DNA from: a virus
Taxonomy: Duplodnaviria; Caudoviricetes
IMG/VR virus record: IMGVR_UViG_3300037408_000837
Location: 1 to 48,390 of that record
Length of the DNA stretch: 48,390 nt
Reading direction: 5' to 3' (one strand)
Shown here: in pieces, positions 1-9,439 of the stretch
Numbering within the stretch: the stretch's first letter is position 1
Layout of the letters: the number at the start of each line of letters is the position of its first letter
The notes under the pieces: generated by a model
What the model saw: only the letters and a program-made list of their open reading frames with translations
Database searches by the model: none
What the model was told of the DNA's origin: nothing
Translations under genes and position numbers: made by a program

Positions 1-48
1 GCCCCGGATGCGCAGACGAATCTGAGCCGATCGAGGTGGGGCAAATGA
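1..48 (+). CDS. 3' end of a DUF6948-like protein (partial)
   Basis: Frame 1 reads APDAQTNLSRSRWGK*, matching the C-terminus ADAERNLSAAVWSK* of 47943-48230; stop overlaps the next ATG (ATGA). Confidence 0.65.
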   Translation, partial: APDAQTNLSRSRWGK

Positions 49-302
49 TCGGCTACGGCTACGGCTACGGCTCCGGCTCCGGCTCCGGCTACGGCGACGG
101 CTCCGGCTCCGGCTCCGGCGACGGCTACGGCTACGGCTCCGGCTCCGGCTCCGGCGACGGCTCCGGCGACGGCTACGGCTACGGCTACGGCTCCGGCTCC
201 GGCGACGGCTCCGGCGACGGCTACGGCTACGGCGACGGCTCCGGCGACGGCTCCGGCGACGGCTCCGGCTCCGGCGACGGCTCCGGCTCCGGCGACAGCT
301 AG
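45..302 (+). CDS. Gly-X (GS/GD/GY) repeat protein
   Basis: ATG at 45 coupled to upstream TGA; built from GGCTCC/GGCTAC/GGCGAC hexamers. Confidence 0.6.
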   Translation: MIGYGYGYGSGSGSGYGDGSGSGSGDGYGYGSGSGSGDGSGDGYGYGYGSGSGDGSGDGYGYGDGSGDGSGDGSGSGDGSGSGDS

Positions 303-377
303 TGATCTCTCCCCTCTCCTCCCCCTGCGTGTGTGTGTGGGGGGGGTGGGGGGGTAGCTCCTTGCGAGGGGAAGACC

Positions 378-629
378 ATGGCTGCACAGCCCGCATTCAA
401 GCTGCCTGACCCGCCGAGCGAGTACGCCATCGGCGTGAACCGCACCGGCGGCCCCGAGTGGGTCGACGTGGCCCGCGGCTTCCCGGACCTGCACATGGCC
501 GGCGAGGTCGCGCGGCGCGAGCTGGGCGACTCGACCCTCAGCACCTGCCCGATCGACGCCCTCTCCTACCACGACCGCGCCATCGCGCGCCGCGGCCGTG
601 TTGTCGTGGCTCCGCTCCCGAGACGCTGA
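378..629 (+). CDS. Hypothetical protein
   Basis: GAGGGG RBS, ATG 378, high GC3, stop overlaps next ATG. Confidence 0.7.
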   Translation: MAAQPAFKLPDPPSEYAIGVNRTGGPEWVDVARGFPDLHMAGEVARRELGDSTLSTCPIDALSYHDRAIARRGRVVVAPLPRR

Positions 630-1468
630 TGGCCCGCTCCCAGGTCCTATACGCGAAGGTCGCCCGGAAGATCCGCAGCGATCGCAAGTACCGATCGCTC
701 TCGCTTCACGCGGCGTACGCCTGGGACGGCCTGCTCACCAGCGAGCACCAGAATGGCCTCCCGGGCTTCTGGCGTGCGAGCGAGTCCGTGCTCCTCGCGG
801 ACGACCTGCCCCACCTCTCACGCGACCAGTGGCAACAGGCGCGCGCCGAGCTCGAGGCGGCCGGCATGCTGCGCATCGACGACGCCGAGCGCCTGGTGTG
901 GCTCGTGAACGCTGTCCGCGCCGAGTACAACTCGCCAGACAACGTCAACATCGCCCGCTCGTGGGCCCGCAAGCTGAGCCAGTACGACACCAGCTCCATG
1001 CTCGTCGAGTACCTCAAGGCGTTGATCTTGGCGTCCGAGCACTGGGCGCGGGAGACGCGAGCTGCCTTCTACACCACGCTCGAGGAGTTCGGCATCGACA
1101 CTGCCGACCCGGAGACCCGACGCCCCGTGCTCCTCTCGCCAGAGGCGCCTACGCCCAAGCCGATCCGTGAGGTGTTCGACCACTGGGTCCAGGTCATGCA
1201 ACACCCGGGTGCGTTCCTGGACAAGAAGCGCGAGCGGGTGATCCGCGCCGCGCTCAAAGAGCGCTCGGTCGAGGACTGCAAGCGCGCCATCGACGGGTGC
1301 AAGGCGTCGGCCTTCCACATGGGCGAGAACGACCGCGGCAAGGTCTACGACTCGCTCGGGCTCATCTTCCGCGACGCCGAGCACACCGAGCGCTTCCTCG
1401 GCTACCTCACCGACCCGTCCGGCAATCCCGCCGACAGCGGCTCCGACCTCTACCGGTTCGACGAGTGA
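629..1468 (+). CDS. Phage replication initiator / replisome organizer
   Basis: N-terminal wHTH-like region; C-terminal EVFDHW...AIDGCKASAFHMGEND...SLGLIFRD typical of phage replisome organizers; directly upstream of DnaB. Confidence 0.75.
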   Translation: MARSQVLYAKVARKIRSDRKYRSLSLHAAYAWDGLLTSEHQNGLPGFWRASESVLLADDLPHLSRDQWQQARAELEAAGMLRIDDAERLVWLVNAVRAEYNSPDNVNIARSWARKLSQYDTSSMLVEYLKALILASEHWARETRAAFYTTLEEFGIDTADPETRRPVLLSPEAPTPKPIREVFDHWVQVMQHPGAFLDKKRERVIRAALKERSVEDCKRAIDGCKASAFHMGENDRGKVYDSLGLIFRDAEHTERFLGYLTDPSGNPADSGSDLYRFDE

Positions 1469-2892
1469 CCGACTCGACCATCACCGGGCGGGTGCCCCCG
1501 AGCAACCTCGACGCGGAGGCGTCGGTCCTCGGCGCCATCCTGCTGCGCAACGACGCGCTCGACGAGGTATGCGACCGCGGGGTCACCATCGCCGACTTCT
1601 ACCACGCGGCGCACCAGCTCGTGTTCGAGGCGATGATTGACTTGCACGTCGAGCGCGAGCCCATCGACGTGCTCACCGTCGCCGAGCGGGTCAAGGCGCT
1701 GCCGTCTGGTCGGCGTGGTGCGATCTCCGAGACCCTGCTGGCTGAGCTCGCCGCGCGCGTACCGACCGCGGCGAACGTCGGGCACTACGCCGCTATCGTG
1801 CACGACAAGGCGCAGCGGCGCGGGCTCATCGCGACGTGTGCGGAGATCACAGGCGAAGCCTTCGGCGACGTCGTCGACACGGATGACCTGGTCGACAAGG
1901 CCCAGGAGCGCATCATGGCCCGCGAGCAGGCCAAGGCGCGCATCGTGTCGGCGGCCGAGCTGGTCGCGGCGAGCACGAAGCGGCTCCGTTCGACCGACCG
2001 CCGCGAGCGGCCGATCCCGACCGGGTACAAGGACATCGACGCCAAGGTGGGCGGGCTGCTCCGGCGCCGGCTGTTCGTTGTCGGCGGGCGCCCGAAGGTT
2101 GGCAAGAGCACCTTCGCGCAGGGCATCGTCGACAACCTCACCGCGGCCGGCGTGCCGGTGGGCGTGGTCTCGCTCGAGGAGGAGGGACCGGACTACCTGG
2201 ACGCGCAGATCGGCCGCATGGCCGAGCTGGACTCGTTGAAGGTGCTTCACGGGGGACCCTTCACGCCGAGCGAAAACCGAGCCTGGGACAACGCCGCGCG
2301 GGTGTGGGCGAAGCGGCCCCTGCACGTCTGCGACGAACGGCGCCTCACCATGCGCGACGTGTGCCGGATCGCGCGGCAGATGAAGCGGCAGCACGGCATC
2401 GAGGTGCTCAAGATCGACTACCTCGGGCAACTCCGACGCGCTGGCAAGCGCAAGGAGCACGAGGAGATCGAGGACGAGCTCTCCGAGCTGTTCGCCTGCC
2501 TGCAGGCGCTCAACATCGCCGGGCTCCTGGTCGTGCAGATCAACCGCGGCGCCGAGTTGGTCACGGGCCGGGACAAGCGGCCGCGCATCCACCAGCTCCA
2601 GGGCGCCGGGGCCATCGAGCAGTGGGCCTACTGCATCCTGATGATCTACCGCGAGTGCATGCACAACCCGAAGGCCGACGGGAACATCGCGGAGATCCTG
2701 ATCGGCGGCGTGAAGCGCGGCGAGAGCAACCGCGCCGTCCGCATGCTGTGGGTGTCGCACCTCCCGGCCGTGCGCGACCTGCCGGAGGACTACGTGTCTC
2801 CGGTGTCCGAGGCGGCCGCGAAGAAGGTGCAGCGGTCGCGCCAGGGAACGCTGCCGATCGATGGGCGCGCACGGGCCGCGGGGGACGCATGA
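1465..2892 (+). CDS. dnaB: Replicative DNA helicase, DnaB family
   Basis: N-terminal PPSNLDAEASVLGAIL, DFYHAAHQLVF; Walker A GGRPKVGKS; IDYL; QINR; GAIEQ motifs. Confidence 0.93.
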   Translation: MTDSTITGRVPPSNLDAEASVLGAILLRNDALDEVCDRGVTIADFYHAAHQLVFEAMIDLHVEREPIDVLTVAERVKALPSGRRGAISETLLAELAARVPTAANVGHYAAIVHDKAQRRGLIATCAEITGEAFGDVVDTDDLVDKAQERIMAREQAKARIVSAAELVAASTKRLRSTDRRERPIPTGYKDIDAKVGGLLRRRLFVVGGRPKVGKSTFAQGIVDNLTAAGVPVGVVSLEEEGPDYLDAQIGRMAELDSLKVLHGGPFTPSENRAWDNAARVWAKRPLHVCDERRLTMRDVCRIARQMKRQHGIEVLKIDYLGQLRRAGKRKEHEEIEDELSELFACLQALNIAGLLVVQINRGAELVTGRDKRPRIHQLQGAGAIEQWAYCILMIYRECMHNPKADGNIAEILIGGVKRGESNRAVRMLWVSHLPAVRDLPEDYVSPVSEAAAKKVQRSRQGTLPIDGRARAAGDA

Positions 2893-3113
2893 CCCGCCCA
2901 CGCCGCACGCCCGGCGCTGCCCGCGCGCGCGAGGAGGCTCTGTGCGAGCAGATCGACATGCTCCGCGCCGAGATCCGAACCCTCAAGTCGTACCTCGCCG
3001 ACCGAGACGAGCAGCTCCGGCGCTACGAGGTCGGGGCCGAATGGGAAAAGTCGCGCGCGAGCGCACAGGACAACGCACCACCTATTGAGGAGACCGACCA
3101 TGTTCAACGGTGA
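2889..3113 (+). CDS. Hypothetical coiled-coil protein
   Basis: ATGA overlap with dnaB stop. Confidence 0.6.
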   Translation: MTRPRRTPGAARAREEALCEQIDMLRAEIRTLKSYLADRDEQLRRYEVGAEWEKSRASAQDNAPPIEETDHVQR

Positions 3114-3612
3114 ACCCCTGCAGCTCAAGGTGAAGGGCCAGAAGTTGCGCGTCGACGGCGAGCTGCGGATCTGCGACATCCGCCTCGAGGCCGAGATCAC
3201 GGACGACGTCGCCGGCGGCCTGCCGAACGGGCACGCCATCTACCAGTCGCTCGAGAGCGGGGCGCTCAAGCGTACCGTGCTCGACACCGGGGCGCTCGAC
3301 TTCGAGCTCGTCATGTCCAGCCCCTCGCGCGACGCAAACGGCAAGGGCAAGCCGGACATCTTCAAGGCGAAGAACGTCCGCGTGCTCGAGGTGCCGCTGG
3401 CGCGCAAGGACTCGGAGGAGGGCGGAAGCGCGGAGATCGTCGCGCGGCCGCTGGTGAGCCTGCTGGTGAGCGACGAGCTGATGCTCTACCTTGCGCACCA
3501 CTTCGCCGACTCGGACCTGACCTTCAAGCTCACCAAGTCGCAGACCGGGTTGCCGTTCGAGGGCGACGCGGCGAAGGGCAACGGCAAGAAGCAGAAGCCG
3601 GCGGAGTCGTAG
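3100..3612 (+). CDS. Hypothetical protein
   Basis: GAGGAG RBS, strong GC3 bias. Confidence 0.75.
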   Translation: MFNGEPLQLKVKGQKLRVDGELRICDIRLEAEITDDVAGGLPNGHAIYQSLESGALKRTVLDTGALDFELVMSSPSRDANGKGKPDIFKAKNVRVLEVPLARKDSEEGGSAEIVARPLVSLLVSDELMLYLAHHFADSDLTFKLTKSQTGLPFEGDAAKGNGKKQKPAES

Positions 3613-3614
3613 CC

Positions 3615-4076
3615 GTGGCCGGCGCCGTCTCGGTCTGGATCGCCGGCGAGCCGAAGCCGCAGCCCCGGGTGCGGGCCTGGACGCGGAAGCTACCGACCGG
3701 CCAGGCCATCGCCCGGGTCTACGACGCCAGGACGGCGGAGGGCTGGAAGGGCGCGGTCGCGCTCGCGGTGAAGTCGCAGCTCCCGGCGGCTCCGCTCGAA
3801 GGCCCGCTCGCGGTAGAGATCCGCTTCGTGCTCCCGCGGCCGCAGTCGCTGATGCGCCGCAAGGACCCGGACGGCGAGATCTGGCACACCGGCGCCGGGG
3901 ACTGCGACAACTTCGCGAAGGCCGTCCTCGACGCGCTGACGCAGCTCGGGCTCTGGCGGGACGACCGCCAGGTCGCCTTTCTCCACGTCACCAAGTTCTA
4001 CGCCTCGAAGACCGGCCGCTCGGGCGCCGCGCTGACCGTGTGCGCCCTCGAGCCGGTCGAGAAAGGAATGCCATGA
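3615..4076 (+). CDS. rusA: RusA-family Holliday junction resolvase
   Basis: GEPKPQPRVR...F.LPRP...DCDNFAKAVLDAL...W.DD.QV...K.Y motif set. Confidence 0.9.
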   Translation: MAGAVSVWIAGEPKPQPRVRAWTRKLPTGQAIARVYDARTAEGWKGAVALAVKSQLPAAPLEGPLAVEIRFVLPRPQSLMRRKDPDGEIWHTGAGDCDNFAKAVLDALTQLGLWRDDRQVAFLHVTKFYASKTGRSGAALTVCALEPVEKGMP

Positions 4077-4315
4077 AGGCGGAGTCCAGCCCCTCCGACG
4101 CATTCGGAGTTCTCAGCGGCATCGACGCCAACAACGACGCGGAGGTGACCTTCATGTCGGTAGTGAAAGACGGGCAACCGCTCATTTCCGTCGAGACCGA
4201 TGGGCTGGTCCTGCTCGACGCTCACTACATGAACGTACTGATCGACGACCTGAGAAGCGCGATGCGGGCTGCCAAGAGGGAAGCCCAGCTCGCCGCAAGA
4301 GGAGGAAAGGCATGA
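4073..4315 (+). CDS. Hypothetical protein
   Basis: AAGGA RBS, ATGA overlaps on both sides. Confidence 0.65.
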   Translation: MKAESSPSDAFGVLSGIDANNDAEVTFMSVVKDGQPLISVETDGLVLLDAHYMNVLIDDLRSAMRAAKREAQLAARGGKA

Positions 4316-6012
4316 CGACCAAGACGAAGACCGAAGCCGACTCCCCCGGCGCCATCGCCGGTACCCCGCGCCTCGAGTCGCTGGCGCAGATCAAGCCGGC
4401 GGCGTGGAACCCGCGGCAGATCCGCGACGCGAAGGCCGACGCCGAGCTGCTCGAGTCGGTGAAGGCGAAGGGCGTGCTGCAGAGCCTGCTCGTGCGCCCG
4501 GTCAACAGCCACTACGAGGTCGTGTGCGGGACGCGCCGCTACGACGCGGCCCTCGAGGCCGGCATGGTCGCGGTCCCGGTCATGGTCCGCGAGCTGGACG
4601 ACGTTGAGGTTCTGGAGCTGCAGACCATCGAGAACAGCCAGCGCGCGGACGTGCACCCGCTCGAGGAGGCCGAGGCGTACCGCAAGCTGCACGAGGAGCA
4701 CGGCCAGGCGCCCGAGCAGATCGCGGCGAAGGTCGGGAAGAGCCGGACCTGGGTCTACGGCCGGATCAAGCTGTGCGCCCTGGGCGACACGGCGCGGAAG
4801 GCGTTCCTCGACGGCAAGCTGGACGCCTCGACGGCGCTGCTGCTGGCGCGCATCCCGGACGCCGAGCTGCAGAAGAAGGCGTGCATCGAGCTGACGCGGC
4901 AGAACCACGACGGCTCCCTGATGAGCTACCGCCAGGCCGCCGAGTTCGTGCAGAGCCACTACATGCTCAAGCTGGCGGAGGCGGGCTTCAAGACGACGGA
5001 CGCGGACCTGCTGCCGACGGCGGGGCCCTGCACGACGTGCCCGAAGCGGACGGGGACGCAGAAGGAGCTGTTCGCGGACGTGAAGTCAGCAGACGTCTGC
5101 ACCGACCCGAAGTGCTACACGGCGAAGCAGGACGCGGCCTGGACGCAGCGCGCGGCCGCGGCGGAGGCCCAGGGGCAGCGGGTGCTCGCCCCGGCCGAGG
5201 CGGCGAAGGTCTTCACGAAGTACAACCCGGAGCAGATCGAGCGCAACTCCGGCTTCGTCGACCTCGACGACGAGGAGTGGATCGGCGACAAGAACAAGAA
5301 GTGGCGCGCCATCCTCGGCAAGCAGGCGCCGACGCCGGTGCTGGCCCGGGACGCGCGCGGCAACATCCACGAGCTCGTGCCCAAGGAGGCGGCCGCCGAG
5401 GCGCTCAAGGCGACGGGCAAGAAGGCGGGGGCGCTCAGCACCACGCTCGAGCCGCGCAGCCGGGGCCTCTCGGCCAGCGAGAAGAAGCAGCGCGACGAGC
5501 AGAAGCGCAAGCGCGAGGTGACCATCTACGTGCTGAGCCAGGTCGCGGCGGCCGCGGCCAGGTTCTACACGAACACGGTGGGCAAGGACCTCGACCTCGA
5601 CGACCTCTTCCGGTTCATCGGCGAGGGCTTCCTCGAGGGGGGCTGGCACGACACGCTCGCCGAGGTGGCGAAGCGGCGCGGCATCGAGGCCAAGAAGAAC
5701 AAGGGCGCGTATGCCAGCGGATACGACATCGCCGGAGCGATCCGCAAGGAGATGCAGCTCGCCCAGGGCGGTGACCTGAGCGGCCTGATCATCGAGATCA
5801 TCGCCACGCGCGGCGCCTTCTGGAGTTTCCAGGGCGGCTCGGCAACCACGCTGCTCGACAAGGCGTGCAAGCTGCTCGAGCTCGACCGCAAGGCGCTCGA
5901 GGCGCAGGCGCGCAAGGAGATCTCCGCGAAGGAGAAGCCCGCGAAGAAGCCGGCTCCGGCGAAGGCCAAGCCCGCGGCGAAGAAGCCGGCGAAGAAGGGC
6001 AGCCGGAAGTGA
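4312..6012 (+). CDS. ParB/RepB/Spo0J-family protein with Cys cluster and basic tail
   Basis: NPR...EL.ESV...GVLQSLLVRP...YEVVCGTRR..AA; IENSQRADVHPLEEAEAY; HTH; CTTCPKRT...CTDPKC. Confidence 0.88.
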   Translation: MTTKTKTEADSPGAIAGTPRLESLAQIKPAAWNPRQIRDAKADAELLESVKAKGVLQSLLVRPVNSHYEVVCGTRRYDAALEAGMVAVPVMVRELDDVEVLELQTIENSQRADVHPLEEAEAYRKLHEEHGQAPEQIAAKVGKSRTWVYGRIKLCALGDTARKAFLDGKLDASTALLLARIPDAELQKKACIELTRQNHDGSLMSYRQAAEFVQSHYMLKLAEAGFKTTDADLLPTAGPCTTCPKRTGTQKELFADVKSADVCTDPKCYTAKQDAAWTQRAAAAEAQGQRVLAPAEAAKVFTKYNPEQIERNSGFVDLDDEEWIGDKNKKWRAILGKQAPTPVLARDARGNIHELVPKEAAAEALKATGKKAGALSTTLEPRSRGLSASEKKQRDEQKRKREVTIYVLSQVAAAAARFYTNTVGKDLDLDDLFRFIGEGFLEGGWHDTLAEVAKRRGIEAKKNKGAYASGYDIAGAIRKEMQLAQGGDLSGLIIEIIATRGAFWSFQGGSATTLLDKACKLLELDRKALEAQARKEISAKEKPAKKPAPAKAKPAAKKPAKKGSRK

Positions 6013-6215
6013 GCCCGCGGGATCTGCTGATCGACCTGGGCCTGGCCGTGCTCGGGCTCGCCGTGCTGGCCATGCCGTGGTGGGTGCCGCGGTACCACCG
6101 CTGGCTCGACGCACGGACGGTCCGCAAGGTCAACGCGCGCCGGGCGCAGTTTCACGCGGTGCACTTCCCGGCCGAGGACGAAGAGCGCCGCCGCGAGGCG
6201 CAGCGCTGGAACTGA
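6009..6215 (+). CDS. Small single-TM membrane protein
   Basis: GTGA overlap; hydrophobic LLIDLGLAVLGLAVLAMPWW. Confidence 0.6.
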   Translation: MSPRDLLIDLGLAVLGLAVLAMPWWVPRYHRWLDARTVRKVNARRAQFHAVHFPAEDEERRREAQRWN

Positions 6216-6227
6216 GAGGAGGGGAGC

Positions 6228-6419
6228 ATGAAGATCGTGAGGCTGGCGAAGGAGAGCAACACACAGGCGGACGGTGAAAACTTCCCGACGCGCTGGGCTC
6301 ACTGGCTGGTAGTCGACAGCGAGCAGCGCGTGGTCGGAGAGTTCCGGGTCCACACCTACGAGGATCCGGAGGTGGTCGAGGAGCCGACGACGGCGCAGAA
6401 CGGAGAGTCGACCCCATGA
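6228..6419 (+). CDS. Hypothetical protein
   Basis: GGAGGGGAG RBS; coupled to next gene. Confidence 0.65.
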   Translation: MKIVRLAKESNTQADGENFPTRWAHWLVVDSEQRVVGEFRVHTYEDPEVVEEPTTAQNGESTP

Positions 6420-6739
6420 CCGCGACCATCCTGGAGAGCATCGGCAGCATGCGGGCCAGCCTCGACGAGCTGGAGACCGCCTACCACACCGCGGCGGTGA
6501 GCCACTACAACGAGGTCGCCGGGCGGCTGGCGCAGCGCCTGGGCGCGCCGCAGTTGCCCGAGCTGCTCGCGCTCCCGGCGCTGAGGGCCCTGCAGCGGCG
6601 TGGTGCCGCGGCGCGCGACGGGCGGCCGAAGCACCGCAAGGAGCACCGGGCCATGGGAGCGCTCGACGTCGAGGGCCTCGAGGAGCTGGACGCGGGCCAC
6701 ACCGTGGCGGTGCGGGCCGGCGTCGGAGTCGAGGAATGA
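6416..6739 (+). CDS. Hypothetical protein
   Basis: ATGA overlaps, GC3 bias. Confidence 0.7.
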   Translation: MTATILESIGSMRASLDELETAYHTAAVSHYNEVAGRLAQRLGAPQLPELLALPALRALQRRGAAARDGRPKHRKEHRAMGALDVEGLEELDAGHTVAVRAGVGVEE

Positions 6740-7245
6740 TGATGCCGGAGCAGGGAGGGAACGGCGTGTGCCGCAACAGACCCTACGTGCGGCGCAGCGC
6801 ACCGCGGGCGCGCACGCTGATCCTCTACGGCCGGCGGCTGTACGCGATGGAGTACACCTACGGCCCGAGCGGAGAGATCACCGGGCAGGCGCGGCGCCTG
6901 GCGGCGAAGGTGCCCAGGTCGGCGACGCTCCTGCCGCGCTCCCTGCCGGCGACGCGGGCCGAGTGCGAGGACGGGCCGCGGCCGTGCCCCTACGTGAGCT
7001 GCAAGCACCACCTGTACCTGGACGTGAACAAGTCCGGGTCGATCAAGATGAACTTCCCCGAGATCGAGCCAGGGGAGATGCTCGAGAGCTGCGCGCTCGA
7101 CGTGGCCGCGCGGGGCGGCGCGACGCTCGAGGAGGTCGGCGCAGCGATGAGTCTCACCCGGGAGCGGGTGCGTCAGGTCAAAGTGCGCGCAATGGCGAAG
7201 ATGAAGCGCGCGGGCGTGCCCTCGCTGCCGGGATCCGAGGACTGA
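6736..7245 (+). CDS. Zn-binding sigma-70 region 4 HTH protein (myxobacterial type)
   Basis: C...[16 protein letters not shown]...[25 protein letters not shown] (sigma 4.2 recognition helix). Confidence 0.85.
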   Translation: MMMPEQGGNGVCRNRPYVRRSAPRARTLILYGRRLYAMEYTYGPSGEITGQARRLAAKVPRSATLLPRSLPATRAECEDGPRPCPYVSCKHHLYLDVNKSGSIKMNFPEIEPGEMLESCALDVAARGGATLEEVGAAMSLTRERVRQVKVRAMAKMKRAGVPSLPGSED

Positions 7246-7247
7246 CC

Positions 7248-7472
7248 ATGTCCCTGCTCGCGCTCTGCGACGCCTGCCCGGAACTGGTCAGCATGGAGGG
7301 CGCGGACGCCGATCGTCTGCCGGCGGGCTGGGCGTGGCGGATCGCGCCGGTGGGGCGGAAGGTGCTCTACTGCCCGGCCTGCCTCAAGGTGATCGACGCG
7401 GCCGGGCGCGAGTTCGACCGCGAGCTGAAGGCCCGGGGCTGGAAGCGCAAGGGGCAATGGGGGCAGGCATGA
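7248..7472 (+). CDS. Small Zn-ribbon hypothetical protein
   Basis: CDAC...LPAGW...YCPAC. Confidence 0.65.
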   Translation: MSLLALCDACPELVSMEGADADRLPAGWAWRIAPVGRKVLYCPACLKVIDAAGREFDRELKARGWKRKGQWGQA

Positions 7473-7870
7473 GGAAGCCACAACGACACGAGCACCACGG
7501 CGCCGGCGTGCGCGTCGTCCACATCCTGCGCTGGTTCGACGGGCGCCCGGCCTGCGGCGCGGCGGTCGAAGCTGGCGTGCGGCGACCTGTTCGACTGGAG
7601 CAAGCCGTGAAAACCCACGAGCTGAAGACCTGGCCGGGCGTGTTCGAGGTGATGTGGCTCGGGCGCAAGGCGTTCGAGCTGCGGCGCAACGACCGCGACT
7701 TCGCCGAGGGCGACGTGCTGCGGCTGCGGGAGTGGTCCGAGGAGGACGACTACACGGGCCGGGAGATCCTCGCCAAGGTGTCCTTCGTCCTGCAAAACGT
7801 CCCCGAGTGGGGACTGAAGCCGGGCTTCTGCATCATGGCGCTCCACGACCTGCGCAAGGTGCCCAGGTGA
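7469..7870 (+). CDS. DUF3850 / ASCH-PUA domain protein (alternative start GTG 7607)
   Basis: HELKTWP..F.....G.K.FELR.NDRDF..GD.L.LREW....YTGR. Confidence 0.82.
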   Translation: MRKPQRHEHHGAGVRVVHILRWFDGRPACGAAVEAGVRRPVRLEQAVKTHELKTWPGVFEVMWLGRKAFELRRNDRDFAEGDVLRLREWSEEDDYTGREILAKVSFVLQNVPEWGLKPGFCIMALHDLRKVPR

Positions 7871-8148
7871 CCCGGGCTCGGCGAGTCATCGCCTCGGGCC
7901 TCGCGGCCGCCCTGGGGGCCCCCGTGCCGGCCGAGGAGTCTCACGAGGCGGGTCGCGTTGGTGAGCGCATCGTGTACGCCGAGGTCTGGCACTCGGCGGC
8001 GCTGGTGGTCCTCGAACAGCGCGCTATGCGCCTGGGAGAGCCCGAGGTGCGGCTCACGATGACGCCGTTCGAGGCCCGGAAGCTTGGCGGGATACTCATC
8101 AAGGCGGCAGCCGACGCCGAGCACTACGCCAAGGGAGGCATTCCGTGA
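7867..8148 (+). CDS. Hypothetical protein
   Basis: GTGA overlaps with both neighbours. Confidence 0.6.
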   Translation: MTRARRVIASGLAAALGAPVPAEESHEAGRVGERIVYAEVWHSAALVVLEQRAMRLGEPEVRLTMTPFEARKLGGILIKAAADAEHYAKGGIP

Positions 8149-8822
8149 GCGACGACCTCGACGAGCGCGACGAGCACGGTGACCTGACCGACTGGGCGCT
8201 GGCCTGCGCCGCCCTGGCCTCGGTGCTCTCCGGCAGCGCCGCCCTGGCGCCCGGGACGACGGCCCCGCGCGTGGCGCCCCAGCGGCCGGCGCACAGCCAG
8301 CCGGCCTCCCAGCAGGCCACCAGGCTGCGCCCCGTGCCCCAGGATCGATTTGACCACGCTCCGCCGACCTCCCAGCCGTCCCTGGAGCAGCGCGCCTACA
8401 GGGCCACGCAGCGCGGCCCCTACGCGCTGACCATCGCGGCCGCGGCTGACCGCTGGAAGCATGACCCGTTCGTCCTCGACCGCCTCCTCTGGGTCGAGAG
8501 CCGCCACCAGTCCGGCCGGGTGAATCGGCGGACCGGCGCGGCCGGCATCGCCCAGTTCACCCGCTCGGGCGCGGCCGCCGTGGGCCGCCTGCAGCGCCAG
8601 CGGGGCGTCCGGCGCACCTTCACCTACCGGCAGGCCCTCGACCCCGAGCTGGCCATCTGGGCGGCGGCGGAACTGCTGGCCCACCTAGTCGACCACTGCC
8701 AGGGCTCGCTGGCACGGGCCATCGGCGCATACAACACGGGGAGATGCATGGTCAATGACTTCGCCCGCCGGGTGATGCGAATGGCCGAGTGGTTGCGTAT
8801 GCAAGAGGAGCCGCGGACGTGA
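8145..8822 (+). CDS. Lytic transglycosylase (SLT domain) with N-terminal hydrophobic segment
   Basis: Catalytic VES; GAAGIAQF; LDPELAI..AA..L; A.GAYN.G. Confidence 0.85.
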   Translation: MSDDLDERDEHGDLTDWALACAALASVLSGSAALAPGTTAPRVAPQRPAHSQPASQQATRLRPVPQDRFDHAPPTSQPSLEQRAYRATQRGPYALTIAAAADRWKHDPFVLDRLLWVESRHQSGRVNRRTGAAGIAQFTRSGAAAVGRLQRQRGVRRTFTYRQALDPELAIWAAAELLAHLVDHCQGSLARAIGAYNTGRCMVNDFARRVMRMAEWLRMQEEPRT

Positions 8823-9127
8823 GCGACGAGCACGGGCTAATACTGGAGTGGGAGGACTGGCGCGCGGAGCACGGCCACCTCTACCGGCAGACCACCGAGG
8901 CCATCAACGCCTTCCTTGCCGACCGCCGGCCGCAGGGGTCCGACGACGACTACCCCTATTGCTCGCGGCACAACGTGGCCGACTGCGCCGAGTGTCGCGG
9001 GGGGAGCACGCCGGAGATGCCGCCCGCGCCGAAGCCGAGGCCGACGGACGGGCCAGCGGGCTGCCCGAGTGGCCGGGAGGGAAGCGATGACCACGACGCT
9101 CGACATGATGTCTTCGATGGAGCATGA
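8819..9127 (+). CDS. Hypothetical protein
   Basis: GTGA overlap; CSRH...CAEC. Confidence 0.5.
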   Translation: MSDEHGLILEWEDWRAEHGHLYRQTTEAINAFLADRRPQGSDDDYPYCSRHNVADCAECRGGSTPEMPPAPKPRPTDGPAGCPSGREGSDDHDARHDVFDGA

Positions 9128-9437
9128 GATCGCCCGCCTGCGCGCGGACAACCTGCGGCTGGTCGACGCTCTGGAGGCCGAGCGCGTGCGGCTGGGGATG
9201 CTGCGCGCCGACCTCTCCCGCGTGACCGAGGACGCGGCCAAGGAGTGCGGGCGCCTGCGCGCGGACCTGCGACGCCTGCACGCCGAGCTGGACGCGCTGT
9301 GTGGGGCTGCCCTGGCCATACACGATTGCGACGTGATCAGGCCACCGAGGTCGTCCGATGCCTCGGTGCTGGAGAAGTGGCGTGGCCTCTTTGCCGCCGT
9401 CGACGCCGCCGTCGACAAAACCATCTGGGAGAGGTGA
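9087..9437 (+). CDS. Hypothetical coiled-coil protein
   Basis: GGAGG RBS; heptad pattern. Confidence 0.65.
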   Translation: MTTTLDMMSSMEHEIARLRADNLRLVDALEAERVRLGMLRADLSRVTEDAAKECGRLRADLRRLHAELDALCGAALAIHDCDVIRPPRSSDASVLEKWRGLFAAVDAAVDKTIWER

Positions 9438-9439
9438 GC

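Noticed and set aside
45-302. CRISPR array or exact terminal direct repeat
   Set aside because: Hexamer coding repeat without spacers; unique flanks at the two window ends differ, so circularity is not proven by overlap
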